Assembly: GCA_964497245.1 (NCBI GenBank)
Contig: CAZCCC010000001.1
Coordinates: forward strand, 10,297-74,296
From: an uncultured Gammaproteobacteria bacterium
GTDB taxonomy: Bacteria; Patescibacteriota; Patescibacteriia; Buchananbacterales; UBA6539
Direction of reading: 5' to 3'
Length of the DNA stretch: 64,000 nt
Shown: piece by piece, positions 19,853-29,448 of the stretch
How positions within the stretch are numbered: position 1 is the stretch's first letter
Layout of the letters: every line of letters starts with the position of its first letter
Made by a program: the position numbers and the translations under genes
Notes under the pieces: generated by a model
The model's input: the letters and a program-made list of their open reading frames with translations, nothing else
Told to the model about the DNA's origin: nothing
The model's database searches: none

Positions 19853-20938
19853 ATGATTAAAAGTACAGAAGACATGTTAAATATATTAAAAAAAGGGATT
19901 TTTTTTATCGCTGAAATTGGTAAAAATTTTATTCAAACATCAGATGAAAAAACAATCAATGAATATTTAGAGAACGCTAAGAAATTAATCAAGGCGGCTA
20001 AAGAAAGCGGAGCTGATGCGGTAAAATTTCAAACTCATAATTTAGATGATGAATTTTTGAAAATTAATGTTATTTCGCCGCATTTTTCATCAGTTGATCG
20101 TTATAATTGGATAAAGAGGAATCAGCAGGCTACTCCTTTGGAGTTTTGGCGCGAACTTAAGGATTATTCTGAACAGCTAGACATTTTATTTTTTTCAACG
20201 CCGATGAGCCGCGGAGCAGCAGAAATTTTAAGTAAAATAGATGTTCCTGTTTGGAAAATTGGCTCCGGAGATATATTAGATTTTGTTATGTTGGATTACG
20301 TGGCGCAAACAGGTAAGCCGGTCATAATTTCTACCGGTATGAGCAGCTTGGAAGAGATTGATAAAGCAGTTAATTTTTTAAGGGAAAGAACGGATAAAAT
20401 AATCATTATGCACTGTGTTTCCAAATATCCTTGTCCGCCGGAAGAATTGAATTTAAAAACGATTAGATTTTTAGAACAAAGATATAATTTACCGGTTGGT
20501 TTCTCCAGTCATTCAATTAATGACAAAGATGCAGTCGCCGCCGCCATTGATTTAGGTGCTAAAGTAATTGAAAAACATTTTTCATTAAGCCGTGACCTAT
20601 GGGGCCCAGACCATAAGGTTTCTTTAACGCCCGATGAATTTAAATCAATGGTTAATATGGCTTATAGCGGCAAAAAATCGAATTTTACTGACTTAGGTTC
20701 AGAATATAAAATATTAAATAATGATGAAATGGTGTTCCGGCCGATATTTCGTAAATCTTTGGTTGCCGGTAAAAATATTAAAGCCGGAGAAACGATTTCT
20801 AAAGAAAAGATTTATTCGATGAGGCCGCATGGCTATATTAATGGTCTACCGTCCGAAGAGTATGAAAATGTTATAGGGAAAAAGGCGTTGAAGAATTTAA
20901 ATAAATATGATCCAATAACTATTAGTATAATAGAATAA
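19853..20938 (+). CDS. neuB: N-acetylneuraminate synthase family with C-terminal SAF domain
   Basis: IAEIG, GADAVKFQ, KIGS, STGMS, HCVSKYP, IEKHF, GPDH, RKSLV. Confidence 0.92.
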   Translation: MIKSTEDMLNILKKGIFFIAEIGKNFIQTSDEKTINEYLENAKKLIKAAKESGADAVKFQTHNLDDEFLKINVISPHFSSVDRYNWIKRNQQATPLEFWRELKDYSEQLDILFFSTPMSRGAAEILSKIDVPVWKIGSGDILDFVMLDYVAQTGKPVIISTGMSSLEEIDKAVNFLRERTDKIIIMHCVSKYPCPPEELNLKTIRFLEQRYNLPVGFSSHSINDKDAVAAAIDLGAKVIEKHFSLSRDLWGPDHKVSLTPDEFKSMVNMAYSGKKSNFTDLGSEYKILNNDEMVFRPIFRKSLVAGKNIKAGETISKEKIYSMRPHGYINGLPSEEYENVIGKKALKNLNKYDPITISIIE

Positions 20939-20943
20939 AAAAT

Positions 20944-22107
20944 ATGGAAAAACGTAAAATTTGTTTTGTGATTACAAGTCAAATTCATTATGCTAGAAAC
21001 AAGTTGATTATTCAGGAATTAAAAAAACGTGATGATGTAGAATTGCAGTTGGTAATTGCCGGTTCCGCGATATTAAAACAGTATGGCAACGTTGAAAAAC
21101 TCTTAAAAGATGACGGAATTGAATTTCAGAGCAAGGCAACCATAATCGTTGAAGGCGGTAATCCTGTAGCCATGGCTAAAACAGCCGGGTTAGGCTTGAT
21201 TGAATTTGCTTCAATCTTTGAAAATTTAAATCCCGATATCGTATTGCTTAGAGGTGATCGCTATGAAGTTCTTTCGGCTGCGATTGCCGCCGCTTATATG
21301 AATATAACTTTGGCTCATATAGAGGGTGGTGATATCAGCGGTAGCATTGATGAGAGTGTAAGACATGCAATTACTAAATTGTCCAATATACATTTTACAA
21401 CCAATGCCGAATCTAAAGGCCGCGTTATACAAATGGGGGAAGATGAAAAATATGTCTTTGATTTTGGCAGCCCTGATGTTGAATTTGCCGCTATTAATAA
21501 TTTTTCAGTCACGAATGAAGAAATCAATCAAATTGGAGTAGGCATGAAAGAGTTTAATATTAATAATAAATTCTTGATTGTAATACAACATCCGGTTACT
21601 AGCGAAATAAATGAAAATGGAAAAAATATTGAAGAGACGCTAAAAGCGATTTCTGATTTTAAAATGCCGACTCTTTGGTTTTGGCCCAATATTGATGCCG
21701 GCAATGATGAAGTCTCCAATGCCATTAGAAAATTCAGGGAGAATACAGATATTGACAGCTATACCCATTTTATAAAGTATCTTGCCCCGGATAAATTTTT
21801 ATCATTACTTAGAAAAACCTCATGTTTGATCGGCAATTCATCGGCTGGAATTAAAGAATCTTCTTATTTTGGCACTCCTGTTGTAAATATTGGCAGCCGG
21901 CAGAACGGAAGGCTAAAGGGCAATAACTTGTTAGATGTCCAATATGATTCTGAACAGATAAAGAAAGCAATCAAGAAGCAATTAGATAATGGTTATTATC
22001 CTCAAGATAATATATATTTTAAAGGTAATTGCAGCAAACAAATTTCAGATACTTTGGCAAAAATCAAACTGTATACCCAGAAAAAATTTAATGATAAAAT
22101 TAAGTAG
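20944..22107 (+). CDS. neuC: Hydrolysing UDP-GlcNAc 2-epimerase
   Basis: GDRYE, HIEGG, IDESVRHAITKLS, HPVT, GNSSAGI, NIGSRQ-GR. Confidence 0.93.
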   Translation: MEKRKICFVITSQIHYARNKLIIQELKKRDDVELQLVIAGSAILKQYGNVEKLLKDDGIEFQSKATIIVEGGNPVAMAKTAGLGLIEFASIFENLNPDIVLLRGDRYEVLSAAIAAAYMNITLAHIEGGDISGSIDESVRHAITKLSNIHFTTNAESKGRVIQMGEDEKYVFDFGSPDVEFAAINNFSVTNEEINQIGVGMKEFNINNKFLIVIQHPVTSEINENGKNIEETLKAISDFKMPTLWFWPNIDAGNDEVSNAIRKFRENTDIDSYTHFIKYLAPDKFLSLLRKTSCLIGNSSAGIKESSYFGTPVVNIGSRQNGRLKGNNLLDVQYDSEQIKKAIKKQLDNGYYPQDNIYFKGNCSKQISDTLAKIKLYTQKKFNDKIK

Positions 22108-22113
22108 CGTTTT

Positions 22114-22839
22114 ATGAAAAAAAGATTAAATATTTTAGGCATAATTCCGGCCCGCGGTGGATCCAAGGGGATACCTAAGAAAAATATAAAAATTTTAGGT
22201 GATAAGCCGTTGATTTATTATACGATTAAAAGCGCAAAAAGAAGCGTTTATATAACTGACCTGATTGTGTCTACTGACGACTTGGAGATCGCAAAAATAG
22301 CTGAATCCTGCGGCGCTAATGTTCCTTTTATTCGGCCGAAGGAATTGGCTTTGAATGAAACTCCAATGCTTCCTGTTTTAAGGCATGCGGTTGATTTTAT
22401 GGAAAAAAACAAAAATATTATTTTTGATTATATAGTAATCCTGCAACCGACATCACCTTTTAGACTGCCGGAAGATATAGATAAAACAATAGAAGTAATT
22501 ATTGAAAAAGGCGCCGATAGTGCTGTCAGTCTGGTGGAAGTGGAAAGCCAGTTTCATCCAATGAAAATGAAAAAGTTCGAGGAGCAGAGGGTATTGTCTT
22601 ATACTATTGATGAGCCGGAAGGAATAAATCGTCAGGATTTGCCAAAGGTATATAGGCGAAGCAGTGCAGTTTATGTTCAAAAACGAGATTTGATCGTTAA
22701 AAAGAATCAGTTATATGGTGATTATATTGTCGGACATATTGTGCCGGCAGAAAGATATATTGATATTGATAATGAATTTGATTGGTTAAAGGCAGAATAT
22801 ATGTTAAAAAAATTAAAAGATAGAGGATATAATTATTAA
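22114..22839 (+). CDS. neuA: Acylneuraminate cytidylyltransferase
   Basis: IIPARGGSKGIPKKN, VSTDD, LQPTSPFR, IDID. Confidence 0.93.
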   Translation: MKKRLNILGIIPARGGSKGIPKKNIKILGDKPLIYYTIKSAKRSVYITDLIVSTDDLEIAKIAESCGANVPFIRPKELALNETPMLPVLRHAVDFMEKNKNIIFDYIVILQPTSPFRLPEDIDKTIEVIIEKGADSAVSLVEVESQFHPMKMKKFEEQRVLSYTIDEPEGINRQDLPKVYRRSSAVYVQKRDLIVKKNQLYGDYIVGHIVPAERYIDIDNEFDWLKAEYMLKKLKDRGYNY

Positions 22840-22853
22840 GTAATAAAATTAAT

Positions 22854-23708
22854 ATGGAAGAAAAAAAATTGTCAGATTTTAATTTTGATTTTGAAGCTTT
22901 AGTGAGTTGCCCTTTTTGCAGTAGCCAAGTTATGATACCTAATGGCAGGGTAAAATGGTATAGTTTTGACTTCTGGTATGTTTTTTGTCCATCTTGCGGA
23001 TTAAAATATATGAATCCAAGACCGACAATCCAATCGTATAAAGATTTCTATAAAAAATTTTTTTGGGAACAGAAAATAACCAATACCGGTTTTCATCAAG
23101 AGGGTCAGATGTGGGGGCTTGATAAATATAAATTTGATAATGAAAAAATTTGGGATGCAAAAGATGGAAAAAAAAATCGGATTGAAAAGCAAAAAGCGCA
23201 AAGAATAAAAACTATAATCCCGGTGATTGAAAAAAGTATTAGTATCAACAGCAATTCAGATATTCTTGAAATTGGTTGCGGTTTTGGAGTCACTTTGAAC
23301 GAATTAAGTTTGAAATATAATTGTAAATCTTACGGAATTGAGCCGTCGGAAGAAGCCAGAAAAACTATTTTAGAATATGGCAAGATTAATTTGATTGGCT
23401 ATTATGCTGAGGAAATTGAAGAAATATCAACAAAAGATATAAAGTTTGATGTTATTATATTTTCTCATTCTTTGGAAAATACTGTTGACCCGATAAACAT
23501 AATAAAATACGCAAAATTGTGTTTAAAGAATTCAGGGATCATTTATATTCAAACTCCAAATTTATTGACTTTTGATCAAATGAACCCTTATCATCCTTTC
23601 ATTTTCTCGCAGAATTCTGTTTTGCATTTGGCTGAAAAAAACAATTTAAATTGCAGTATTGAATCTGAGACTATAGATAAAATGTTAGTAACAGTTTTTA
23701 AGAATTAA
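22854..23708 (+). CDS. Class I SAM methyltransferase with N-terminal CxxC...CxxC zinc ribbon
   Basis: CPFC, CPSCGL-YMNPRP, LEIGCGFG, GIEPS. Confidence 0.85.
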   Translation: MEEKKLSDFNFDFEALVSCPFCSSQVMIPNGRVKWYSFDFWYVFCPSCGLKYMNPRPTIQSYKDFYKKFFWEQKITNTGFHQEGQMWGLDKYKFDNEKIWDAKDGKKNRIEKQKAQRIKTIIPVIEKSISINSNSDILEIGCGFGVTLNELSLKYNCKSYGIEPSEEARKTILEYGKINLIGYYAEEIEEISTKDIKFDVIIFSHSLENTVDPINIIKYAKLCLKNSGIIYIQTPNLLTFDQMNPYHPFIFSQNSVLHLAEKNNLNCSIESETIDKMLVTVFKN

Positions 23709-23737
23709 TTTTTGGTTTTTAGTATTTTAAAAGAAAT

Positions 23738-24421
23738 ATGAGGACAATAAAAATAGGTAAAATAGATGAACAAATCAAAAGTTTATATGATTTTTTTAAA
23801 TTAAAAGAAGGTTCTGAACACATATCTTGCCTCGGTGCTCTACAGGGATTAAATAAAATACTTCAGGATTTAAAACCAAAAAATATTCTTGAGTTTGGTG
23901 GTGGAATAGGGGCATTAAGTTACTTTTGTATGAATAATACAAATGCAAATCTTACTATATATGAAGATAATAGTTTTTGTCTAAATCAGCTTGAAAAAAA
24001 TTTAAGCGCTTTTAAAGAAAGGTATTCAATAATTTCAGATTATAATAATTTTAAGCCACTTCCTTATAAAAATTACGAATTAATTTTGGCGGATGGAGGA
24101 CCATATAATTTAATTAGTGAAATAGTAAAAAATATTAGAGGAATTAGAATAATATTTTTTGAGGGTAGAAGAATACCAATGCAAGTACTTTTTAGAAAAG
24201 CATTGAAGAAAAAATATATATTCAAAACTATAAAATATGAGTATGAAAATAATAACAAAAATACTAAGTGTGCTTATGTTATTTATTGTCAGCCGTGTAA
24301 AAATGTTTTTTTAAGAAAAATAAATTATTATTATCAAGAAATTATTTCATTGATTGATTTTATCAGGATAAGGGGATTTATGAATTATATTAAGTATGAT
24401 TTTTTATCCAAAATTTTATAA
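23738..24421 (+). CDS. Putative SAM-dependent methyltransferase
   Basis: ILEFGGGIG motif I-like, ILADG. Confidence 0.6.
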   Translation: MRTIKIGKIDEQIKSLYDFFKLKEGSEHISCLGALQGLNKILQDLKPKNILEFGGGIGALSYFCMNNTNANLTIYEDNSFCLNQLEKNLSAFKERYSIISDYNNFKPLPYKNYELILADGGPYNLISEIVKNIRGIRIIFFEGRRIPMQVLFRKALKKKYIFKTIKYEYENNNKNTKCAYVIYCQPCKNVFLRKINYYYQEIISLIDFIRIRGFMNYIKYDFLSKIL

Positions 24422-24445
24422 TTTTAACTAAATTGTGGTTTTTTT

Positions 24446-25708
24446 ATGGTAAAAATCTTATATAATAAAATATTAAGTATAATAAGTCGTGTTGAGAAAA
24501 TTGTAAAAGTTGATTTAATATATTATTTAAAAGGTAGTTTTTGGATGAATATGGAACAAGGAGTCTCAACTCTTACCGCTATTATTTTGTCGATTGTATT
24601 TGCTAATTTGCTTTCTAAGGAAACTTATGGGTCATATTCATATATTTTAACAATTGCCAATCTTTTGGCATTTACTACACTGACCAGTATGAATGAAGCA
24701 GTAACAAGATCAGTGGCAAAAGGAAATAATGATTCAGTAATTTCAGCTTTATATACCAAAATTAGATTTGGTTTTTTTGGCAGTATAATAAGTTTAGCGA
24801 TAGCGCTTTATTATTTTATAAACAATTCTTTAGTTTTGGCGATTTGTTTTTTATTTGTTTCATTATTTATTCCTTTTTGGCCTTCGCTCAGTATTTACTC
24901 TGCTTTTTTTAATGGGAAAAGAAATTTTGGACTCTCATCAATTATTGGTGCTGCTAGAAATATTATTACTTCCTTTTTTTTAGTTATGGTAATATTTTTT
25001 ACAAGAAATATTTTTTTGATTATTTTAACATATTTTTTATCATTTTTATTATTTGATTTTTTTTATTTAAAAAAAGTTATTAATAAATTTAAGTTGACAA
25101 ATATTCGTAATCCAGAAACAATTTCTTATGGAAAATATTTAAGTTTCGTAAGGATAATTGGTCTTATTAATAGTAATATTGATAAAATATTAATTTGGAA
25201 TCTGCTTGGTCCGGTTCAAGTGGCAGTTTATTCAATTGCACTGGCGCCAGTTGATAAAATTAAGGGTACAATTGGTAATATCAAATCATTAGCTTTCCCA
25301 AAATTCAGCTTAGCTCCACAGAATCAAATGCAGAAAACGTTAATGGGAAAAATGTTAAAGCTTTTTTTTATTTTAATTCCTGTTGTAGCGACTTATATTA
25401 TATTCATACCTTTTCTTTTTAAAATTTTTTACCCTAAATATTTAGATTCAATTATTTATTCCCAAATACTTTCACTAACTATTTTAGCTACGCCTGAACA
25501 GCTTTTTACCGTTTATTTCAAGGCGCATAAGATGAAAAAAGAAATAGTAATTATGAGCTCGGTTGTACCCTTGATAAATATACTAATAATGGTATTTGCC
25601 GGCGTATTTTTTGGTTTAATTGGTTTGGTAATTGGCAGAGTGCTAGGATTTATTTCTTATTTTCCAGTTGCTTTTTATTTGTTTAAATTTCAGAAATATA
25701 AAGATTAA
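24446..25708 (+). CDS. Wzx-like oligosaccharide flippase
   Basis: Multi-TM; ANLLSKETYGSYSY, IDKILI-LGP-VAVYSIA patterns. Confidence 0.85.
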   Translation: MVKILYNKILSIISRVEKIVKVDLIYYLKGSFWMNMEQGVSTLTAIILSIVFANLLSKETYGSYSYILTIANLLAFTTLTSMNEAVTRSVAKGNNDSVISALYTKIRFGFFGSIISLAIALYYFINNSLVLAICFLFVSLFIPFWPSLSIYSAFFNGKRNFGLSSIIGAARNIITSFFLVMVIFFTRNIFLIILTYFLSFLLFDFFYLKKVINKFKLTNIRNPETISYGKYLSFVRIIGLINSNIDKILIWNLLGPVQVAVYSIALAPVDKIKGTIGNIKSLAFPKFSLAPQNQMQKTLMGKMLKLFFILIPVVATYIIFIPFLFKIFYPKYLDSIIYSQILSLTILATPEQLFTVYFKAHKMKKEIVIMSSVVPLINILIMVFAGVFFGLIGLVIGRVLGFISYFPVAFYLFKFQKYKD

Positions 25709-25718
25709 TTATTATAAA

Positions 25719-26639
25719 ATGTTTAAAAAAATAGGACCAGATTTTTTAATAACCGGGCTTGAAAGAAGTGGCACTCACTGGGTTGCCGGTTTACTGAATG
25801 CGCATCCGGAGATTTCTTGTTTTCCGGCCGATTATTTTGATAAAGGTTTTGGTGAATATAATAGAGAAATTATTGGGGAAGTCCATTTATTTAATACTTT
25901 GGCAAGTCTTGAATTGAATACCGAAGATAAGCATACCCGGCCCATATCTGGATATTTAACCAAGCATAATTTGATTTTTGCCGATTTGGCAGCGTTAGAG
26001 GGCAAGGTGCCTAAGGAAGAATTATATAATATGTTTATAAAAAGGTATAATGAGATTTGTGAAGAGAACCGCTATGGCAAAAAAATGGTTGGTGAATCAA
26101 CTCCAGCCTATGTTTTTCACTTAGATTTTATTGATTCATTTTATCCAAATATAAAAAAGCTTTGTATAATCAGAGATCCGAAGGATAAAATAGTATCTTG
26201 GCATTTTAGCAAACTAAGAAAAGGTCAGAAGACCGAGGTTGTTATTACCGATGAATTTATCAAAGAATATTGCGAGAAAACGATTAAAAAAGAATATGAA
26301 AGCCTGCTTGATTATAAAGGCAATATTTACTGTTTTACTTATGAGAGTTTGGCTGAAAATCAAAACGGGGTTTTATGTGATATCCTTTCTTATTTAGATG
26401 TTGCCATTAATGCTGATATTATTAGTCATATGATTAAAGAAGGTTCATTTAAGGAAATGACAGCTAAGGGGAATATTACTGGTGGAAGAGATAATGGACA
26501 AGAAGAGCTACAGAGTCCTTATCGTAAGGGTGTAGTTGGTGACTGGGTAAATCATATGACTAAAAAACAGGCTGAATTGGTGGATGCTATTGTTGGTGAG
26601 GTGAGAAAAATGACTTTTAATAAATATAAAATTTACTAA
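25719..26639 (+). CDS. PAPS-dependent sulfotransferase
   Basis: 5'-PSB loop GLERSGT, 3'-PB IIRDPKD-IVS, C-terminal RKGVVGDW; ATG 25719 preferred over the overlapping start at 25668. Confidence 0.9.
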   Translation: MFKKIGPDFLITGLERSGTHWVAGLLNAHPEISCFPADYFDKGFGEYNREIIGEVHLFNTLASLELNTEDKHTRPISGYLTKHNLIFADLAALEGKVPKEELYNMFIKRYNEICEENRYGKKMVGESTPAYVFHLDFIDSFYPNIKKLCIIRDPKDKIVSWHFSKLRKGQKTEVVITDEFIKEYCEKTIKKEYESLLDYKGNIYCFTYESLAENQNGVLCDILSYLDVAINADIISHMIKEGSFKEMTAKGNITGGRDNGQEELQSPYRKGVVGDWVNHMTKKQAELVDAIVGEVRKMTFNKYKIY

Positions 26640-26647
26640 GACTACTT

Positions 26648-29437
26648 ATGTTCAAGAAAAATATTAAGATTATTGTTACCTTGGGTCCGTCAACTAAAAC
26701 CATATCAGATTTAAGAAAAATTAAAGATAGGGGCGTAAGTTTTGTTCGTATTAATATGTCGCATTCCAGTATTGATGATCTTAAATATTTTATTAATTTG
26801 GCAAAAACTGTTGATATCCCATTTATTATTGACACTGAAGGTTCTCAAATCAGGACAGGTGATCTAATTGAAAGCAGTATTAATCTGAATGAGAATGACG
26901 AGATAAAGATATATAAAGAGCAAATAGTTGGTGATATCCACAAAATATCAATTAAGCCAAGTTATGTAATAGACCAACTTAAAATTGGTGATATATTGTA
27001 TGTAGATTTTAATGCTTTAATTTTAGAAATTTCAGATATTTCAACTATTTCTGTAGGCTATATTACGGCCAAGGCTATCAATAAAGGCAGTCTGGGACGA
27101 AATAAAGGCGTAGCAATAGATTCATCTGATAATACTAAGTTTGATTTGCCAGTTCTGTCGGAAAAAGATTATCAATCAATCAAGGTAGGTTTAGAAGAGG
27201 GTATTAGTCATATTGCGGCATCATTTATGAGATCTGAGCAGTTTGTTAAAGATGTTAAGATGGCTACGAAAGGCAAGATGAAAATTATTTCAAAAATTGA
27301 GTGCCTTGATGCACTAAATAATTTAGATGAGATTATTAAAGAGTCTGATTTTTTGTTAATTGACAGAGGAGATTTAAGTAAAGAAATTCCAATAGAAAAA
27401 ATTCCATTTTTACAAAAAATAATTCTAAGCAAATCTCGTAATTATAATAAGGAAACTTTTATTGCAACTAATTTATTAGAGACCATGGTTGAAAAGAGTA
27501 ATCCAACCAGAGCGGAAGTTAATGATGTAATTAATGCTATTTTAGATGGTGCTTCTGGTTTAACCCTTTCATCTGAAACAGCAATAGGTAAATATCCAAT
27601 AGCCTGTATTAATATGCTAAATAAATTGATCAAGCAAACAACCTTATTTAATGATATAACTTATCAAAAATCCGGTGATCGGTTAGCTAAAAAGTTATTT
27701 AAGTCAAATTATTTTTTAAGTACAGATTCATCATCTTCTCTAATTTCTCCTCACGGCGGCACCTTAATAAATAGGATTTCTGATGGATCGTTTAGTAAGC
27801 AATATTTAGATTCTTTAAAAAAAATTGTAGTAAGTCAAAATATTTCAATGGATATTGAGCAGATAGCAGTTGGTACTTTTAGCCCCCTGGAAGGTTTTAT
27901 GATAAAACGTGATTTTAATAGTGTTCTCAATAAAATGAGACTTGTAAACGGAGCAGTATGGACAATTCCCATAGTTTTGGATGTCTCAAAAGAACATGCT
28001 GACAATATATCTTTAGGTGAAGATATTATGCTAATTGGTGATGGCGGCTTGATAGCATTAATCAATGTAGAGGATAAATACTCATTTAATAAAAAAGAAG
28101 TTTCTTTAAAACTTTATGGTACTACTAGTAATAAACATCCCGGTGTTTTGTGGGTGAATAGCCTAGATCAAATATTACTGGGAGGGAAAATTACTCTTCT
28201 CAAAAGAAGAGAATCAGAGTTTCAGGAATATATTCTGACTCCCAGACAAACAAGAAGGTTGTTTGAAGAAAAAAATTGGTCTAGGGTTGTGGGATTTCAT
28301 ACTAGAAATGTTATTCACCGCAGTCATGAATTTATTCAAATGAAAGCTTTGGAGGTTGAAAATTGTGATGGGCTTTTTGTTCATCCAGTAATTGGCAAAA
28401 AGAAGCCTGGTGATTTTTATGCCAAATACATTATTGAAAGTTATAAGCTTATGGTTAAAAATTTTTACCCAGCCGATAAGGTATTCTTTGCCACTTTGCC
28501 GACTTATTCTAGATATGCCGGTCCCAGAGAAGCAGTTTTTACCGCTTTGTGCCGCAAGAACTTCGGTTGCAGCCATTTTATTGTTGGTCGTGACCACACT
28601 GGAGTTGGTAATTTTTACAATCCTACGGCGTCTCATGATATTTTTGATAAATTTCCTGATTTAGGCATGAAAATAATTAAATTTAATAAGATATTTTACT
28701 CAAAAAAATATGACGGTTATATTCATGAGACTGAGGATTCTGATCATTTGGAAGAAGATAAGCTTCATATAAGCGGCACAGAAGCTAGAAAAATGTTTGA
28801 GGAAGGGGATATTCCGCCATGCTGGTTTATGCGTCCGGAAATATCACAATTTATTTCAAATGCAATTTGCAACAAAGAAGAAGTTTTTATTAAAAAAGAG
28901 TCAGTTGAAAAAGGAATAGTTCTTTGGTTTACTGGTTTAAGTGGCTCAGGAAAAACCACGATTGCCGGTGAATTAGAAAATCGATTAAAAACTCTTAGAA
29001 AGAAAGTTGTGATAATTGATGGCGATACCGTAAGGTCTACAATTAATAAAAATCTTGGTTTTTCCCGAGAAGACATAAAAGAAAATAATTTAATAATTGC
29101 AAAATTAGCTGAGGAAGCAGCTTTTAAAAATGATTTTGTGGTTGTACCAATTATTTCTCCTTACCAAGAAGATAGAAACATGGCTCGCTCATTAATTGGC
29201 TCTCGATTTTTTGAAATTTTTATAAATTGTTCTATTGATAAATGTATTAAAAGAGATCCCAAGGGTTTTTATAAGAAAGCTTTAGAAGGAAAAATCAATA
29301 ATTTTATAGGGCTTAGTAAAAGTAATCCGTATGAGATTCCAATAAATCCGGATTTAGAAATAAAAACTGATATTCATAGTCTTGATGAAAATATTCTTTT
29401 AATTTTAGATTTTTTAAAATCTAAGGCCTTATTGTAA
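26648..29437 (+). CDS. pyk-sat-cysC: Triple fusion: pyruvate kinase barrel (about aa 1-331) + ATP sulfurylase (about aa 365-750) + APS kinase (about aa 756-929)
   Basis: PK: TLGP, RINMSH, KIE, RGDL, PTRAEVNDV, LSSETAIGKYP. Sat: PHGG, TRN-IHRSH, YAGPREA, HFIVGRDH, ISGT. CysC: WFTGLSGSGKTT, DGD, RDPKGFY. One uninterrupted frame. Confidence 0.93.
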   Translation: MFKKNIKIIVTLGPSTKTISDLRKIKDRGVSFVRINMSHSSIDDLKYFINLAKTVDIPFIIDTEGSQIRTGDLIESSINLNENDEIKIYKEQIVGDIHKISIKPSYVIDQLKIGDILYVDFNALILEISDISTISVGYITAKAINKGSLGRNKGVAIDSSDNTKFDLPVLSEKDYQSIKVGLEEGISHIAASFMRSEQFVKDVKMATKGKMKIISKIECLDALNNLDEIIKESDFLLIDRGDLSKEIPIEKIPFLQKIILSKSRNYNKETFIATNLLETMVEKSNPTRAEVNDVINAILDGASGLTLSSETAIGKYPIACINMLNKLIKQTTLFNDITYQKSGDRLAKKLFKSNYFLSTDSSSSLISPHGGTLINRISDGSFSKQYLDSLKKIVVSQNISMDIEQIAVGTFSPLEGFMIKRDFNSVLNKMRLVNGAVWTIPIVLDVSKEHADNISLGEDIMLIGDGGLIALINVEDKYSFNKKEVSLKLYGTTSNKHPGVLWVNSLDQILLGGKITLLKRRESEFQEYILTPRQTRRLFEEKNWSRVVGFHTRNVIHRSHEFIQMKALEVENCDGLFVHPVIGKKKPGDFYAKYIIESYKLMVKNFYPADKVFFATLPTYSRYAGPREAVFTALCRKNFGCSHFIVGRDHTGVGNFYNPTASHDIFDKFPDLGMKIIKFNKIFYSKKYDGYIHETEDSDHLEEDKLHISGTEARKMFEEGDIPPCWFMRPEISQFISNAICNKEEVFIKKESVEKGIVLWFTGLSGSGKTTIAGELENRLKTLRKKVVIIDGDTVRSTINKNLGFSREDIKENNLIIAKLAEEAAFKNDFVVVPIISPYQEDRNMARSLIGSRFFEIFINCSIDKCIKRDPKGFYKKALEGKINNFIGLSKSNPYEIPINPDLEIKTDIHSLDENILLILDFLKSKALL

Positions 29438-29448
29438 ATGATTTAATT

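Noticed and set aside
19853-22839. Legionaminic or pseudaminic acid pathway
   Set aside because: No dehydratase, aminotransferase or acetyltransferase of those pathways in the operon; they could lie elsewhere in the genome.
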